This document shows, piece by piece, positions 19,228-28,853 of a stretch of 64,000 nucleotides of DNA (the stretch's first letter is position 1; each line of letters starts with the position of its first letter). This DNA is from Methanobacteriota archaeon. GTDB lineage: Archaea; Thermoplasmatota; Poseidoniia; Poseidoniales; Poseidoniaceae. The notes below the pieces were generated by a model. The model did no database searches, was not told where the DNA came from, and saw only the letters and a list, made by a program, of their open reading frames with translations. Location of the stretch: positions 16,108 through 80,107 of the forward strand of contig PBDU01000018.1 in assembly GCA_002718195.1 (NCBI GenBank), in the 5' to 3' direction. Made by a program: the position numbers and the translations under genes.

Positions 19228-19995
19228 TTGACTCGGAGAGTTGTGAAATCACTGTTGATATTGCTACCTACTCTCAACGAAGAGGGTGGTCTATCAAAGA
19301 TTGCGACAAGAATTCCAATTGAGAATCTTAGAGAGCATGGTTGGAATCCATCAATTCTTGTCGTTGACGGTGATTCAAAGGATAAAACAAAACAAATTGC
19401 GATTGAAAATAGGTTCAAATTAATTCAACAGGCAGGCAAAGGCAAAGGTGCTGCATTGAGGTCCGGGTTCAAATATGCTTTATCGCAAAAATTTGATGCA
19501 TTGGTGATGCTCGATGCAGATGCAACTTACGATCCTGGGGACATCATCAAACTAGTTGCAAAATTAGGGAAATTTGATGTTGTAATAGGCGACAGATTAA
19601 ACGGTGAACTAAAGGATGAATCAATGGGTGTTGTCAATTTCTTCGGTAACCATGCACTATCTTGGATTGCTAGAACTTTGTTCTCCGAAGATATTGGAGA
19701 TTTATGTACGGGCTATTGGGCATTTACAAAAAAGGCTCTCAGTACATTGGAGTTGAATAGTATGAGTTTTGAAATCGAGGCAGAAATGTTTTGCTCGAGT
19801 ACAAAAAACGGGCTTAGAATAGGCTCTGTTCCCATCTCTTACTCAAAAAGAGAAGGAGAAGCAAAACTAGGTTCTCTTACTGATGGTGGAAGGATTTTGC
19901 GAAAATTGCTTGTAAGAAGGTTATTTCCAACACCTGCAGAGTCAAAAATTAACAATGACAAATTAGCACTTGGTTCAGATAACGAATCACAGTGA
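19228..19995 (+). CDS. GT2 glycosyltransferase, dolichol-phosphate-sugar synthase-like
   Basis: LPTLNEE, VVDGDSKD, GKGAAL, MLDADATY (DxD), DLCTGY, FEIEAEM. Confidence 0.9.
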   Translation: MTRRVVKSLLILLPTLNEEGGLSKIATRIPIENLREHGWNPSILVVDGDSKDKTKQIAIENRFKLIQQAGKGKGAALRSGFKYALSQKFDALVMLDADATYDPGDIIKLVAKLGKFDVVIGDRLNGELKDESMGVVNFFGNHALSWIARTLFSEDIGDLCTGYWAFTKKALSTLELNSMSFEIEAEMFCSSTKNGLRIGSVPISYSKREGEAKLGSLTDGGRILRKLLVRRLFPTPAESKINNDKLALGSDNESQ

Positions 19996-20049
19996 AGAAA
20001 CCTTTCTTCTTGAGAACTACATGACATTACACTAAAGAGTCATGCTATA

Positions 20050-21150
20050 TTGGATACTGATGATAACATGGGTATTACAGCGATGATTCCTGATATGTCG
20101 TTGGACCAACTAATCATCGACGCCCCCAAAAATTGGGCTGAGATATGGGACTCCAACGCAGCAAGGACTAGGGTTATGCTGATGTGCCCGAGAAAAGAGA
20201 GAAAGATCATGGAATTGCACGGTGATTTCATCGAACACGGGCAACCAGTTATGGGAATTTTTCACAGACCGAGGGTAGAAGAAGATTTGTTGAGAGAACA
20301 AGGCTTTGATCCACGTTCTGCTTCATTTCAATTCCTTGACATAAGCACCCCCGACCTTGGGCCATGGTTACAAGACCTAATCAAAAATGATGGTTGGGTT
20401 AGGTCAACAATCCAGATATCTCCATTGCCGTTCAATATTGGAAGCCCTGCTCAAAGGCAATTCGAAAAAGAGAATATTCTTTGCTTCAAACACCCCAGTT
20501 TAGGAGATTTAGCAACTTACTATCTTCCTTTCCCTATCGGGTCAGTTCCGGGTAAATGCTTCATTTCACTACCAAGAAAGCAAGCTGCTGAAATGGCAAG
20601 ACAGCAAGCAGAAATACTTGGTGTTGGTAGACTCCCAACAAAACAAGAAGTCGAAGAAATAAGGAATCAAGAAGAGGAGCAAATTATTATTGTCAATGAT
20701 GAACCAGAGATAAAGGTTGAAGCAACTAAAGTTGACCCAGTGCCCCTACCTAGTGATGCTAATTTAGAAAAATCAAACACATTGGCAGAGGAAATCATCG
20801 ATACGGTAAATCAGCGTGTTGAACAAGCAATGACTGATCTATCTTCTCACAGCGAAGAGTCTGAACAAAATATCGACCTCACTCCAAATGAATCTGCGGT
20901 TCCATTACCCCTAAGCGAATCCCAAACTGAACAAATACCTGAAGTTGAGCAAGGAGGGATGCAAGATGAAGTATCCGGGGTAGAGGTCAGTGATGTCGAA
21001 AGAGAATTCCGCGCTCTAATTGCCGAGTTGATTGAAGCAGGTGTTGAACCCGCGGGAATGATGGAAGATGCAAGATTTGAGATTTTGAATGAACGAGCAA
21101 TTGCGGAAGGTTTTGAGACCTGGCCTGTGTTTGTTGAGATGACGCAATAA
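20050..21150 (+). CDS. Hypothetical protein (globular N-terminus, acidic linker, small C-terminal domain)
   Basis: Long ORF with normal composition; no recognised motif. Confidence 0.7.
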   Translation: MDTDDNMGITAMIPDMSLDQLIIDAPKNWAEIWDSNAARTRVMLMCPRKERKIMELHGDFIEHGQPVMGIFHRPRVEEDLLREQGFDPRSASFQFLDISTPDLGPWLQDLIKNDGWVRSTIQISPLPFNIGSPAQRQFEKENILCFKHPSLGDLATYYLPFPIGSVPGKCFISLPRKQAAEMARQQAEILGVGRLPTKQEVEEIRNQEEEQIIIVNDEPEIKVEATKVDPVPLPSDANLEKSNTLAEEIIDTVNQRVEQAMTDLSSHSEESEQNIDLTPNESAVPLPLSESQTEQIPEVEQGGMQDEVSGVEVSDVEREFRALIAELIEAGVEPAGMMEDARFEILNERAIAEGFETWPVFVEMTQ

Positions 21151-21194
21151 TAAACATTCAAATGATACCTAGATTAGCAAGGATTGGTGAGGAA

Positions 21195-21374
21195 ATGGGT
21201 TATTGCATAAACTGTGGTCAAGGACACGTAGATGGCACAAGATTTTGCAGGTTCTGTGGAAGCCAACAACCCGGAGAGCAATTGCTTGCTAGACTTAGGC
21301 AAGAAGCTCTTTACATTCAACAGATGAGATTCGGCCAAAATCAGAATTTTGGTTACGGAAATCAGCGCTGGTGA
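21195..21374 (+). CDS. Small zinc-ribbon protein
   Basis: CINCG...FCRFCG; GGTGAGG RBS before ATG 21195. Confidence 0.75.
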   Translation: MGYCINCGQGHVDGTRFCRFCGSQQPGEQLLARLRQEALYIQQMRFGQNQNFGYGNQRW

Positions 21375-21378
21375 TTAA

Positions 21379-21990
21379 TTGAAAAAGAAACACCTAGCAA
21401 TTACTCTCTCGAAGTTAATTCCTCATCCGCATCTTAATGTTAATCTTGAACAATATGCAACCGAAGGTGATGTGGCGAGTAACTGGATTTTTGCTATTGC
21501 AGAAAAATTTGAGTTTGTCGATTCAAATATTCTTGACTTGGGTTCCGGTAATGGTATCTTGGGGATTGCTGCATATTATGCTGGAGCCTCGAGGATAACT
21601 CTGGTCGAAACAGATACTAATGCCCATGAGGTCGCTCAATCAAATGTTGATAATTTGGAATTCAATAATCGATTTACCCTGCTGAATTCTAAGATTTCTG
21701 ATATTGAAATCGATTGGAAAGGCATTGATCTAGTCATCTCTAATCCGCCTTGGGGATATCAGATGGAGAAGGCAGATAGAGAATTTATTGAAATTGGTAT
21801 GCGGAATAATGTCGCAGAAATTCACATCTTACATAGTTCAAAAGCAACGCACTTAGAGAAAATTGGGAAGGAATATGGGTATGATACTGAAGTTATTTTG
21901 CAAGGAAGCTTCAGACTTCCTGCAATTTATTCTCATCATACAAAGTCATCTGAATTTACTGAATTTTCAGCATGGAGATTTTTCAAATAA
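21379..21990 (+). CDS. METTL5-like SAM-dependent methyltransferase
   Basis: LEQYAT, DLGSGNGILG, NPPW motif; sits upstream of csl4 as in many archaea. Confidence 0.85.
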   Translation: MKKKHLAITLSKLIPHPHLNVNLEQYATEGDVASNWIFAIAEKFEFVDSNILDLGSGNGILGIAAYYAGASRITLVETDTNAHEVAQSNVDNLEFNNRFTLLNSKISDIEIDWKGIDLVISNPPWGYQMEKADREFIEIGMRNNVAEIHILHSSKATHLEKIGKEYGYDTEVILQGSFRLPAIYSHHTKSSEFTEFSAWRFFK

Positions 21991-22075
21991 CCCTTATTCA
22001 TAGGGAGAGGGGTTCAAAAGTCGAGAGCATTTGGGAAGGAATGTCCAGGGGTTAACTCTGGCATTGTGTGATATT

Positions 22076-23440
22076 ATGACGACGAGCCTCGTCACCCCTG
22101 GTGAAATTATTGGAAGCGCTACTGAACTTACACCTGGTTCAGGAACAACCGAACATAATGGAAATGTCATTTCCATATACACTGGAAATTTGAATATAGA
22201 TTCTGGTGTTGCTACAGTAACCCCACAATCAGTTATCATCGCTCCAAGTGTTGGAGAGTTGGTACTCGCAGAGGTCACAAAGGTACAGGAGAAAAGTGCC
22301 GAGGTTAAAATTCTTGAATTCTGCGATAAAAAAGGAGATGTAGCGGCAGAGTTCCTCTACGCTCAATTGAGGGTCACTGAAGTTGTCGATCGATTCCTTC
22401 ACAATCTTGGAGATGGTCTAAAATTAAGAGATGTGGTCAGAGCAGAAATCACAGAGATTGACCCAACGATCAGAATTTCCCTAAGAGGCAGAGATGAGTG
22501 CGGTGTGATTAGTGCAGTTTGTTCTAACAGTGGTGAAAAATTAGTAATCGATGTTCAAGGGGATACGAATCTTGTTTGCCATACAAGTGGTACTCGATAC
22601 TTCAGGGCAATAGCATCTGATTATGGAAATTACGGCAATCATTTCGATGGAGAACTGAAATCTCTTACGTTATCTGGGAAAAGATGGGATAGGGCTACAG
22701 AGGCAGAATTTGCGAAAGGTCCTGCAGCAAGAGCCGCATATCCGATGGCTGACATCAGGAATGATGGTCGAGAAAAGAAGATGTTCAGATTTGAAGGCGA
22801 ATCTGGAAAAGGTCAGAGAAGAAGAAATACACATGCTCCTGGTTCGAAATTATTCATTGGTGGATTGTCGTATGAGGTCGATACAGAGGAACTAAAAGGT
22901 TTGATGACTAAGTTGGGATCTGTTGAAGATTGTGTGGTAGTTAATGATGAAAATGGTAAATCAAGAGGATTTGGATTCGTTACTTTTTCCTCCAAAGAGG
23001 AGGCTCAAGCGGCTATCTCAAAGTATGATGGTTACAGGCTCAAGGGTCGAAGGATTTCAGTGAAGGACGCAGATAACAAAGGCGAAAAGAAGGAGAAAAA
23101 ACCTGAGGTAAAAGGTCAGAAATTGTATGTCGGCAACCTTTCTTTCAAACTATCATCCGATGACCTCATCAAACACTTTTCAGAAATCTGCGGTGTTGAA
23201 GGAGGCTTCATTGTTTCAGACCCCAGAGGTAAATCCAAAGGTTTCGGATTCGTATTTGTTAATCAATCTGAAAATATTGATGATGTTATTTCGAAGGCTA
23301 ACGGCTCAGAATTAGGAGGACGAAATCTCAAGGTGGCAAAGGCTACTGAGAATAAATCCAAGGGAGATTCAAAGAAGAGCCAACCAAAGAAAAGACTCAG
23401 CAGAGAAGAAATGGCTAAAAAAGAAGAAGGCTATGAATGA
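22076..23440 (+). CDS. csl4: Exosome cap subunit Csl4 fused to two RRM RNA-binding domains
   Basis: N-terminus VTPGEIIG/PGSGT, S1 domain (PSVGELVLAEV...DVVRAEI), Zn-ribbon remnant (GVISAVC...R..ASDYG); then LFIGGL/RGFGFVTF and LYVGNL/KGFGFVFV RNP2/RNP1 motifs. Confidence 0.85.
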   Translation: MTTSLVTPGEIIGSATELTPGSGTTEHNGNVISIYTGNLNIDSGVATVTPQSVIIAPSVGELVLAEVTKVQEKSAEVKILEFCDKKGDVAAEFLYAQLRVTEVVDRFLHNLGDGLKLRDVVRAEITEIDPTIRISLRGRDECGVISAVCSNSGEKLVIDVQGDTNLVCHTSGTRYFRAIASDYGNYGNHFDGELKSLTLSGKRWDRATEAEFAKGPAARAAYPMADIRNDGREKKMFRFEGESGKGQRRRNTHAPGSKLFIGGLSYEVDTEELKGLMTKLGSVEDCVVVNDENGKSRGFGFVTFSSKEEAQAAISKYDGYRLKGRRISVKDADNKGEKKEKKPEVKGQKLYVGNLSFKLSSDDLIKHFSEICGVEGGFIVSDPRGKSKGFGFVFVNQSENIDDVISKANGSELGGRNLKVAKATENKSKGDSKKSQPKKRLSREEMAKKEEGYE

Positions 23441-25236
23441 AATTAGTTTCAAGGTGTCAGTACATGGTTGAGAAAACCGAACTGAAGTGGCTTGTCTTAG
23501 ATGGCTATGAAGATGAACCAGCTGCCTTCGGAGTACCACCTTACATCGGTTTTCATGTAAGATATGTTTGTGGAGTCTTTGAGAAATTGAAAATTGACTA
23601 TGACTTCATAACCGTAGATGAATACAGGATGAAGTTGTTATCCGGCGAAGATGCTGATGAATATCTAAGTAAATACTCCGGGTTTGTTTGTATTGCAGGG
23701 GCTGTCGTTCCTGGAAAGTATCTCCGTGGAACTCCTATTTCGCTAAAAGAATTACAAAATGTCGTGAAGAACCTACCAAATCAAATACCAACTTTACTGG
23801 GAGGATGGGCTGTAAGGGCTTGGAGGCAGCAAGGTTGGAATCCCCTGAGAAAAAACATGTTCATTGCTCTACAAGATACGGATGCATCACTATTTCATTA
23901 TCTTCAGTGCGAAGAATGGAAGCATAAACGCAGAACTAGTGAGCAATGGGATGATTATGCACTCCTAGGAGCAAAATCCAAAGCAGTAAAACAGCATCCA
24001 GATTCATTAACCTTCAATGCTAATTCACCGCTTACTTACGAGGTCGAGGTATACCAAGGCTGTGTTAGATACAAGCAAGGATGTAAATTTTGTATTGAGC
24101 CCAAGAAAGGAGTTCCAATCTTTAGATCTCCTGAGAGAATCATTCAGGAAGTCCAATTAGCATTAGACTCAGGTGTTCAAAATGTACGGCTAGGGGGAAT
24201 GACCGACACTTACACTTACATGGCTGAGGGAGTAACTGAACTAGAGTATCCAATTCCTAATCCCGAACCAATAGCAAAGTTGTTACACGGTTTGAGGGAG
24301 GATGAGAGGTTGAAAATACTTCATACCGACAACGGCAATCCAAGCATAATTGCCGAAAATTTAGAACCTAGTGAAGAGATAACTAAAACTCTAGTAGAAA
24401 CATTATCAGACGGAGCGGTCTTATCCTTCGGTTTGGAATCAGCAGACCCGGAAGTTCACAAGATTAATTGGCTAAACTGTTCATCAAATCAACTGAAAAC
24501 CGCTGTGAATTTAATCAACAAGTACGGTAGGGGTAGAGGTGAAAGAGGTCTGCCAAAACTTCTGCCCGGACTTAACTTCATAGCAGGTCTGAATGGTGAA
24601 ACCATCCAATCATACGATATGAATCTCAAACTACTTCGTGACTTACGCTCCAACGGTTCATGGCTTAGAAGAATCAATGTCAGACAGGTCGAAGGAGAAG
24701 GATTCCAAGAAATTCCTGAGGGCAAATTCAAGGATTTTAAAGTTGCAGTTAGGGATGAAATAGATGCACCATTGCTGGAAGAATTATTTCCCGTAGGTCA
24801 AATCTTGCGAGATGTTCACTGGGAGTCCCATGATAACAGGACTAGATTGCCTTCCAATCTTGCTCAATCGCATCAAGAAGAAGCGATTAGAGGGAAATCT
24901 GGAGTGACTTTTGGAAGGCAGATTGGGGCTTATCCTATACTAATTGGTGCTAACTACAAAATTCCTTTAGAAACAAGAAGTGACGTAGTGGTTACCTCTC
25001 ACGGGAAAAGATCGATTACTGCTATCGAGATAGGAATGTCGTTGGATGAAGTATCGCAATCTCAACTTTCTGCTCTGCCGGGAATAGGAGAAAAAACAGC
25101 ATGGAATATAATCTCGAAGAGAGCAAAATCCAAGAGGAAAAATCCTAGTCAAAAAGCATTTGAATCGGTACCCGATGCTTTCGAATCGATTAATTCCCCA
25201 ATACCAGAATTAGCAGAACTTGTGTTCGTTGCGTGA
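23437..25236 (+). CDS. Radical SAM protein with C-terminal helix-hairpin-helix (COG1031-like)
   Basis: LDGYEDEPAAFGVPPY N-terminus, GCVRYKQGCKFC, SFGLES, GRQIGAYPIL, LPGIGEK HhH. Confidence 0.85.
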   Translation: MKLVSRCQYMVEKTELKWLVLDGYEDEPAAFGVPPYIGFHVRYVCGVFEKLKIDYDFITVDEYRMKLLSGEDADEYLSKYSGFVCIAGAVVPGKYLRGTPISLKELQNVVKNLPNQIPTLLGGWAVRAWRQQGWNPLRKNMFIALQDTDASLFHYLQCEEWKHKRRTSEQWDDYALLGAKSKAVKQHPDSLTFNANSPLTYEVEVYQGCVRYKQGCKFCIEPKKGVPIFRSPERIIQEVQLALDSGVQNVRLGGMTDTYTYMAEGVTELEYPIPNPEPIAKLLHGLREDERLKILHTDNGNPSIIAENLEPSEEITKTLVETLSDGAVLSFGLESADPEVHKINWLNCSSNQLKTAVNLINKYGRGRGERGLPKLLPGLNFIAGLNGETIQSYDMNLKLLRDLRSNGSWLRRINVRQVEGEGFQEIPEGKFKDFKVAVRDEIDAPLLEELFPVGQILRDVHWESHDNRTRLPSNLAQSHQEEAIRGKSGVTFGRQIGAYPILIGANYKIPLETRSDVVVTSHGKRSITAIEIGMSLDEVSQSQLSALPGIGEKTAWNIISKRAKSKRKNPSQKAFESVPDAFESINSPIPELAELVFVA

Positions 25237-27495
25237 TTAATCTAGAGAAATTCCGCCTCTTGTTTTCACAGCAATTCCTTTAGAGAAACTCAATAGGTCT
25301 TCTGGAGTAGATTTAGAAATGCCATAGCCCAATAAATCTCCATTAGAATTGACGATTAGTGCTGGTTGGTCAATAGTCAGCCAAGGATCGCATGCTTTGA
25401 CAAATCCGTGGAATACATTACGTCCTTTTCTAACAAATGGTTCTGCATCATCTTCGACAACAACGACAGGAAGACCGGCTCCAGAGTTATTCCATGGCAT
25501 GTGCGGTTTGAAGGCATCTGGAATGGGTTTTGTTCTTGTGCCGTAAATTTTCTTTGCACCGGCTGAGGTAAGAGATAATCCACCATCATTCAGCCTTGGA
25601 CTTGCGATGTGTTCACCACTTTTATCGATGATATTCTTTATCCTACCAGTGCTTGACATTATGTATGTACAGCCTTTTGACAAATTTTCTGCATCGGTTA
25701 TCGAGATGTTAAAGTGTACTGCCAACTTATCTCTAACTTGATTTTCCTTCAAGGAAGTCTTTGCCTCAGTTTTTTGCTCATCGCTCATCAAATCAAGGAA
25801 TTTAGATTTATCATCTAATATCTCATTTTCAAAAAGCAGATCATAACAACGTGAAAGTAGATCTTTAGGACCAAGGTCGAGCTTGATAATTTTTGCATCA
25901 TGTACTCCAAGCCGTTCCAATTCTCTTCTAGCCCACGACAAATCGAGTTTTCTCTCCCAAATCCATTCTGGTCCCTCAACATGAGCAAATGGGTTGTTGT
26001 CTTCTAATGAATAAGGAATCAGACCAATTGGAGTCTGGATAAAAACCTGCAAATCTGGTGTGAATGTTGTCAATCTCATCAGTAGATCTAAGGTGAAATC
26101 TCTCCATGGCCCTTGTCTGCCGTAAAGAACTAAAGCAATATTGTTGTCACTATTACCGCCTATTTGGGAATATCTGGAATGAAGTAACCTTCTTGCTTGA
26201 ACCACATATGGTCTTGAGAATGTGTCTTCCTCAGCCCAATGTATCCCACCTGTCCTAAATTGTGATTGTCCTGCGACAACCCAATCCCAAGATGGCTCCC
26301 AGGAGCCCTGGGATGAACCACTTTCTTTAGCAGCACCTCTATCTGTGATCTTCATGTCTTGGATAATTTCTAATTCAAACCTCGGCATATGTGGATTTGT
26401 TGTTAGCCACAAGAATGCTTCTCTAAGGGCTGGGTGTTGGTGACTTCTTCTTTCTGCAAGCCTCCAAATCGAACCATCTCTAACTGCTTGCTTACATCTG
26501 CTTATCTCTTGAAGAGTAATTTCTAGGTTATATCTTGCAAGTAATTTAGTTCTCTCCTCCTCATCTAATTTTCTTACCTCTTGAGGTGAGATCTGAGAAA
26601 CAGAAGGCATAATAATCGGCCAGTGTTCTAGTTTTTCCAATTTTTCAGTACCCCATGGGCACAAAATTCTACCGTCTCGAGCAAATAATGCATAAGCAGC
26701 TGAGTCAAACAAATCAGCTCCAAGAGCGACTAGCATGGGGAATAACATTGGATGACCACAGCCGAACATATGTCTTGGCCTTGAAGATGGCAAATGAGGA
26801 ATTGAAGAGAGCATTATTTTGACTAAATCTTTGTACATGTGCTGTTCCATAATGGGCACAATTCCACCTATTGGATGAACGGCAAAATCATAATTGCCCA
26901 TTCCAAACGCAGATTTTTCTCTTAGATCTTTGAAGGTGCCTCCCTGAATTGGTCCATTCAGCATTGTCTTATCGGCACAAGCAATACTCGATTCTGCCCT
27001 TGCAATCGTATCATCAACTGCTTGCTCAACTTCTTGCTTAGTCATGTCCGGTCTTGTGAAAACATCTAGCATAGTAGCAATATCCACGCCAATATTTTTC
27101 TGAAATTTTACAATTTCCTCAACCCCAACCTCAACATCTCCGTAAATGTAGGATTGGAATGTACCAGAATCGGTCATAATTACGCCGGGAAAGTCGATTA
27201 ATTCATGAACTCCTGAATTGAGCGCTTTTTCCCTTAGATTGTCGTGCTTCCAAATGATGTATGAATTTGTGATTAATGCACCAATTCCATATCTGTCCCA
27301 CATCTCCCTTGGTTCAATGGTTCTTATGTTTGGATTAATCACTGGTAACAGAGCAGGTGTCTCTAAGATTCCATGCTCTGTATGCAATTTTCCAATTCTT
27401 GCTCTCCCGTCTAGAGCGACAACCTCAAATTTGCCTTTGTCAACTTCTCTACATGGTTTAGGGTCTTCCCTACGGCCATCAGTCCAACTAGACAT
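25237..27495 (-). CDS. tgtA: Archaeosine tRNA-guanine(15) transglycosylase with C-terminal PUA domain
   Basis: TPALLPVINP, ITNSYII, MTDSGTFQ, HMFGCGHP, DLFDSAAY; PUA EPFVRKGRNVF; start taken as MSSW. Confidence 0.93.
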   Translation of the reverse strand: MSSWTDGRREDPKPCREVDKGKFEVVALDGRARIGKLHTEHGILETPALLPVINPNIRTIEPREMWDRYGIGALITNSYIIWKHDNLREKALNSGVHELIDFPGVIMTDSGTFQSYIYGDVEVGVEEIVKFQKNIGVDIATMLDVFTRPDMTKQEVEQAVDDTIARAESSIACADKTMLNGPIQGGTFKDLREKSAFGMGNYDFAVHPIGGIVPIMEQHMYKDLVKIMLSSIPHLPSSRPRHMFGCGHPMLFPMLVALGADLFDSAAYALFARDGRILCPWGTEKLEKLEHWPIIMPSVSQISPQEVRKLDEEERTKLLARYNLEITLQEISRCKQAVRDGSIWRLAERRSHQHPALREAFLWLTTNPHMPRFELEIIQDMKITDRGAAKESGSSQGSWEPSWDWVVAGQSQFRTGGIHWAEEDTFSRPYVVQARRLLHSRYSQIGGNSDNNIALVLYGRQGPWRDFTLDLLMRLTTFTPDLQVFIQTPIGLIPYSLEDNNPFAHVEGPEWIWERKLDLSWARRELERLGVHDAKIIKLDLGPKDLLSRCYDLLFENEILDDKSKFLDLMSDEQKTEAKTSLKENQVRDKLAVHFNISITDAENLSKGCTYIMSSTGRIKNIIDKSGEHIASPRLNDGGLSLTSAGAKKIYGTRTKPIPDAFKPHMPWNNSGAGLPVVVVEDDAEPFVRKGRNVFHGFVKACDPWLTIDQPALIVNSNGDLLGYGISKSTPEDLLSFSKGIAVKTRGGISLD

Positions 27496-27538
27496 TGGAC
27501 GGTGCTGACAGGCTTTGCGTTTGAACCCAGCGGCATTA

Positions 27539-27988
27539 TCAGACAAATTCTACATTTCCATGAGCCAGAATGAATTCTCTGCCCAGCTCGTCAAATGTGT
27601 CAAGCAATTTAGAATCAAATCTTACTCTCCAAACTTCTGGATCATTCTCTAAATCTTTCTTAATTCCATCCAGAGTTCCAGGTGCAGCACCACAAGATAG
27701 ACAAGCTCCAGTCAGATCAAGCACGAAATCTATTCCATTGTCGTTCTCCACTGCCGCTACGCACAGAATTCCTCCTCCATGACCAGATAATGCTGCTCGA
27801 ACATCCCCGAGCCTTGTTAGCAGTCCTGGAACAAGATATTCAGTGCCGATTAAATCAGTCAATAGTGAATTTTTAAGTCTCAATTCCTCTTCAGGGTCAA
27901 GGATACTTTCCTCAATTCTTTTTTCTGCTTCTTGGCGCAATGAATCCTTTGCTTGCTGGGCATACATGTTTACCAAGTCATCGTCCAT
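27539..27988 (-). CDS. NifU/NfuA C-terminal-like Fe-S carrier protein
   Basis: VRAALSGHGGG..LTGACLSCG (CxxC); divergent from the suf operon. Confidence 0.8.
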   Translation of the reverse strand: MDDDLVNMYAQQAKDSLRQEAEKRIEESILDPEEELRLKNSLLTDLIGTEYLVPGLLTRLGDVRAALSGHGGGILCVAAVENDNGIDFVLDLTGACLSCGAAPGTLDGIKKDLENDPEVWRVRFDSKLLDTFDELGREFILAHGNVEFV

Positions 27989-28106
27989 ATCATGCCGATG
28001 ACACGGTCCTATTTTGGTTAAACGATTTCACATTACAACAAGTGAGTTAATTATTCTAAACCAGCCATTGATAAGGGTGGAACTGAACGGATAATCGGGG
28101 AGGAGT

Positions 28107-28844
28107 ATGTCCGAGTTGGTCCTAGATGTGAAAAACTTGCATGTGAGCATTGAAGGCTCACCTATTCTCAAAGGGTTAGACCTTCAAGTTAAAGAGGGAG
28201 AAGTCCATGCTATTATGGGAAGAAATGGAGCAGGGAAATCAACACTAGCAAGCGTTGTTATGGGTCACCCAGCATACGAAATCACAGATGGCGAGATACA
28301 CTATCGTGGAACAGATATCAAGGAGATGGATGTCTTTGAAAGAGCAAGAGCAGGTATGTTCCTTTCTTTCCAATACCCTGCAGCGGTACCTGGGGTGAAG
28401 GTTGGAACTTTCCTCAAGAAATCCACTGAAGCGGTGCAAGGAGATAACTTCAATGCTAGAGAATTTCGCTCTGACATGAAAAACAACATGTCCTCATTGG
28501 ACATCGATAGGTCTTATCTGAACAGATATGTCAATGATGGATTCAGTGGTGGAGAAAAGAAAAGACTAGAAATTCTTCAAATGATGATGTTGAAACCAAA
28601 AATGGCTATACTCGATGAAACCGATTCAGGTCTTGACATCGATGCAATGAAGATTGTGTCTGCGGGTGTCAACTCTGTTATTGATGGGAGTGGAGTTTTG
28701 GTAATTACTCACTATCAGAGGCTGCTGGATTATATCAAGCCAGACTTCGTCCATGTTATGATAGATGGTAAAATTGTCAAAAGCGGTGGACCAGAACTTG
28801 CTTTGAAACTTGAAGAAAAGGGCTACGACTGGTTGGATAACTGA
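28107..28844 (+). CDS. sufC: Fe-S assembly ATPase SufC
   Basis: GRNGAGKST, FLSFQYP, FSGGEKKR, LDETDSGLDID, ITHYQRLL. Confidence 0.96.
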   Translation: MSELVLDVKNLHVSIEGSPILKGLDLQVKEGEVHAIMGRNGAGKSTLASVVMGHPAYEITDGEIHYRGTDIKEMDVFERARAGMFLSFQYPAAVPGVKVGTFLKKSTEAVQGDNFNAREFRSDMKNNMSSLDIDRSYLNRYVNDGFSGGEKKRLEILQMMMLKPKMAILDETDSGLDIDAMKIVSAGVNSVIDGSGVLVITHYQRLLDYIKPDFVHVMIDGKIVKSGGPELALKLEEKGYDWLDN

Positions 28845-28853
28845 GGTGTTTGT

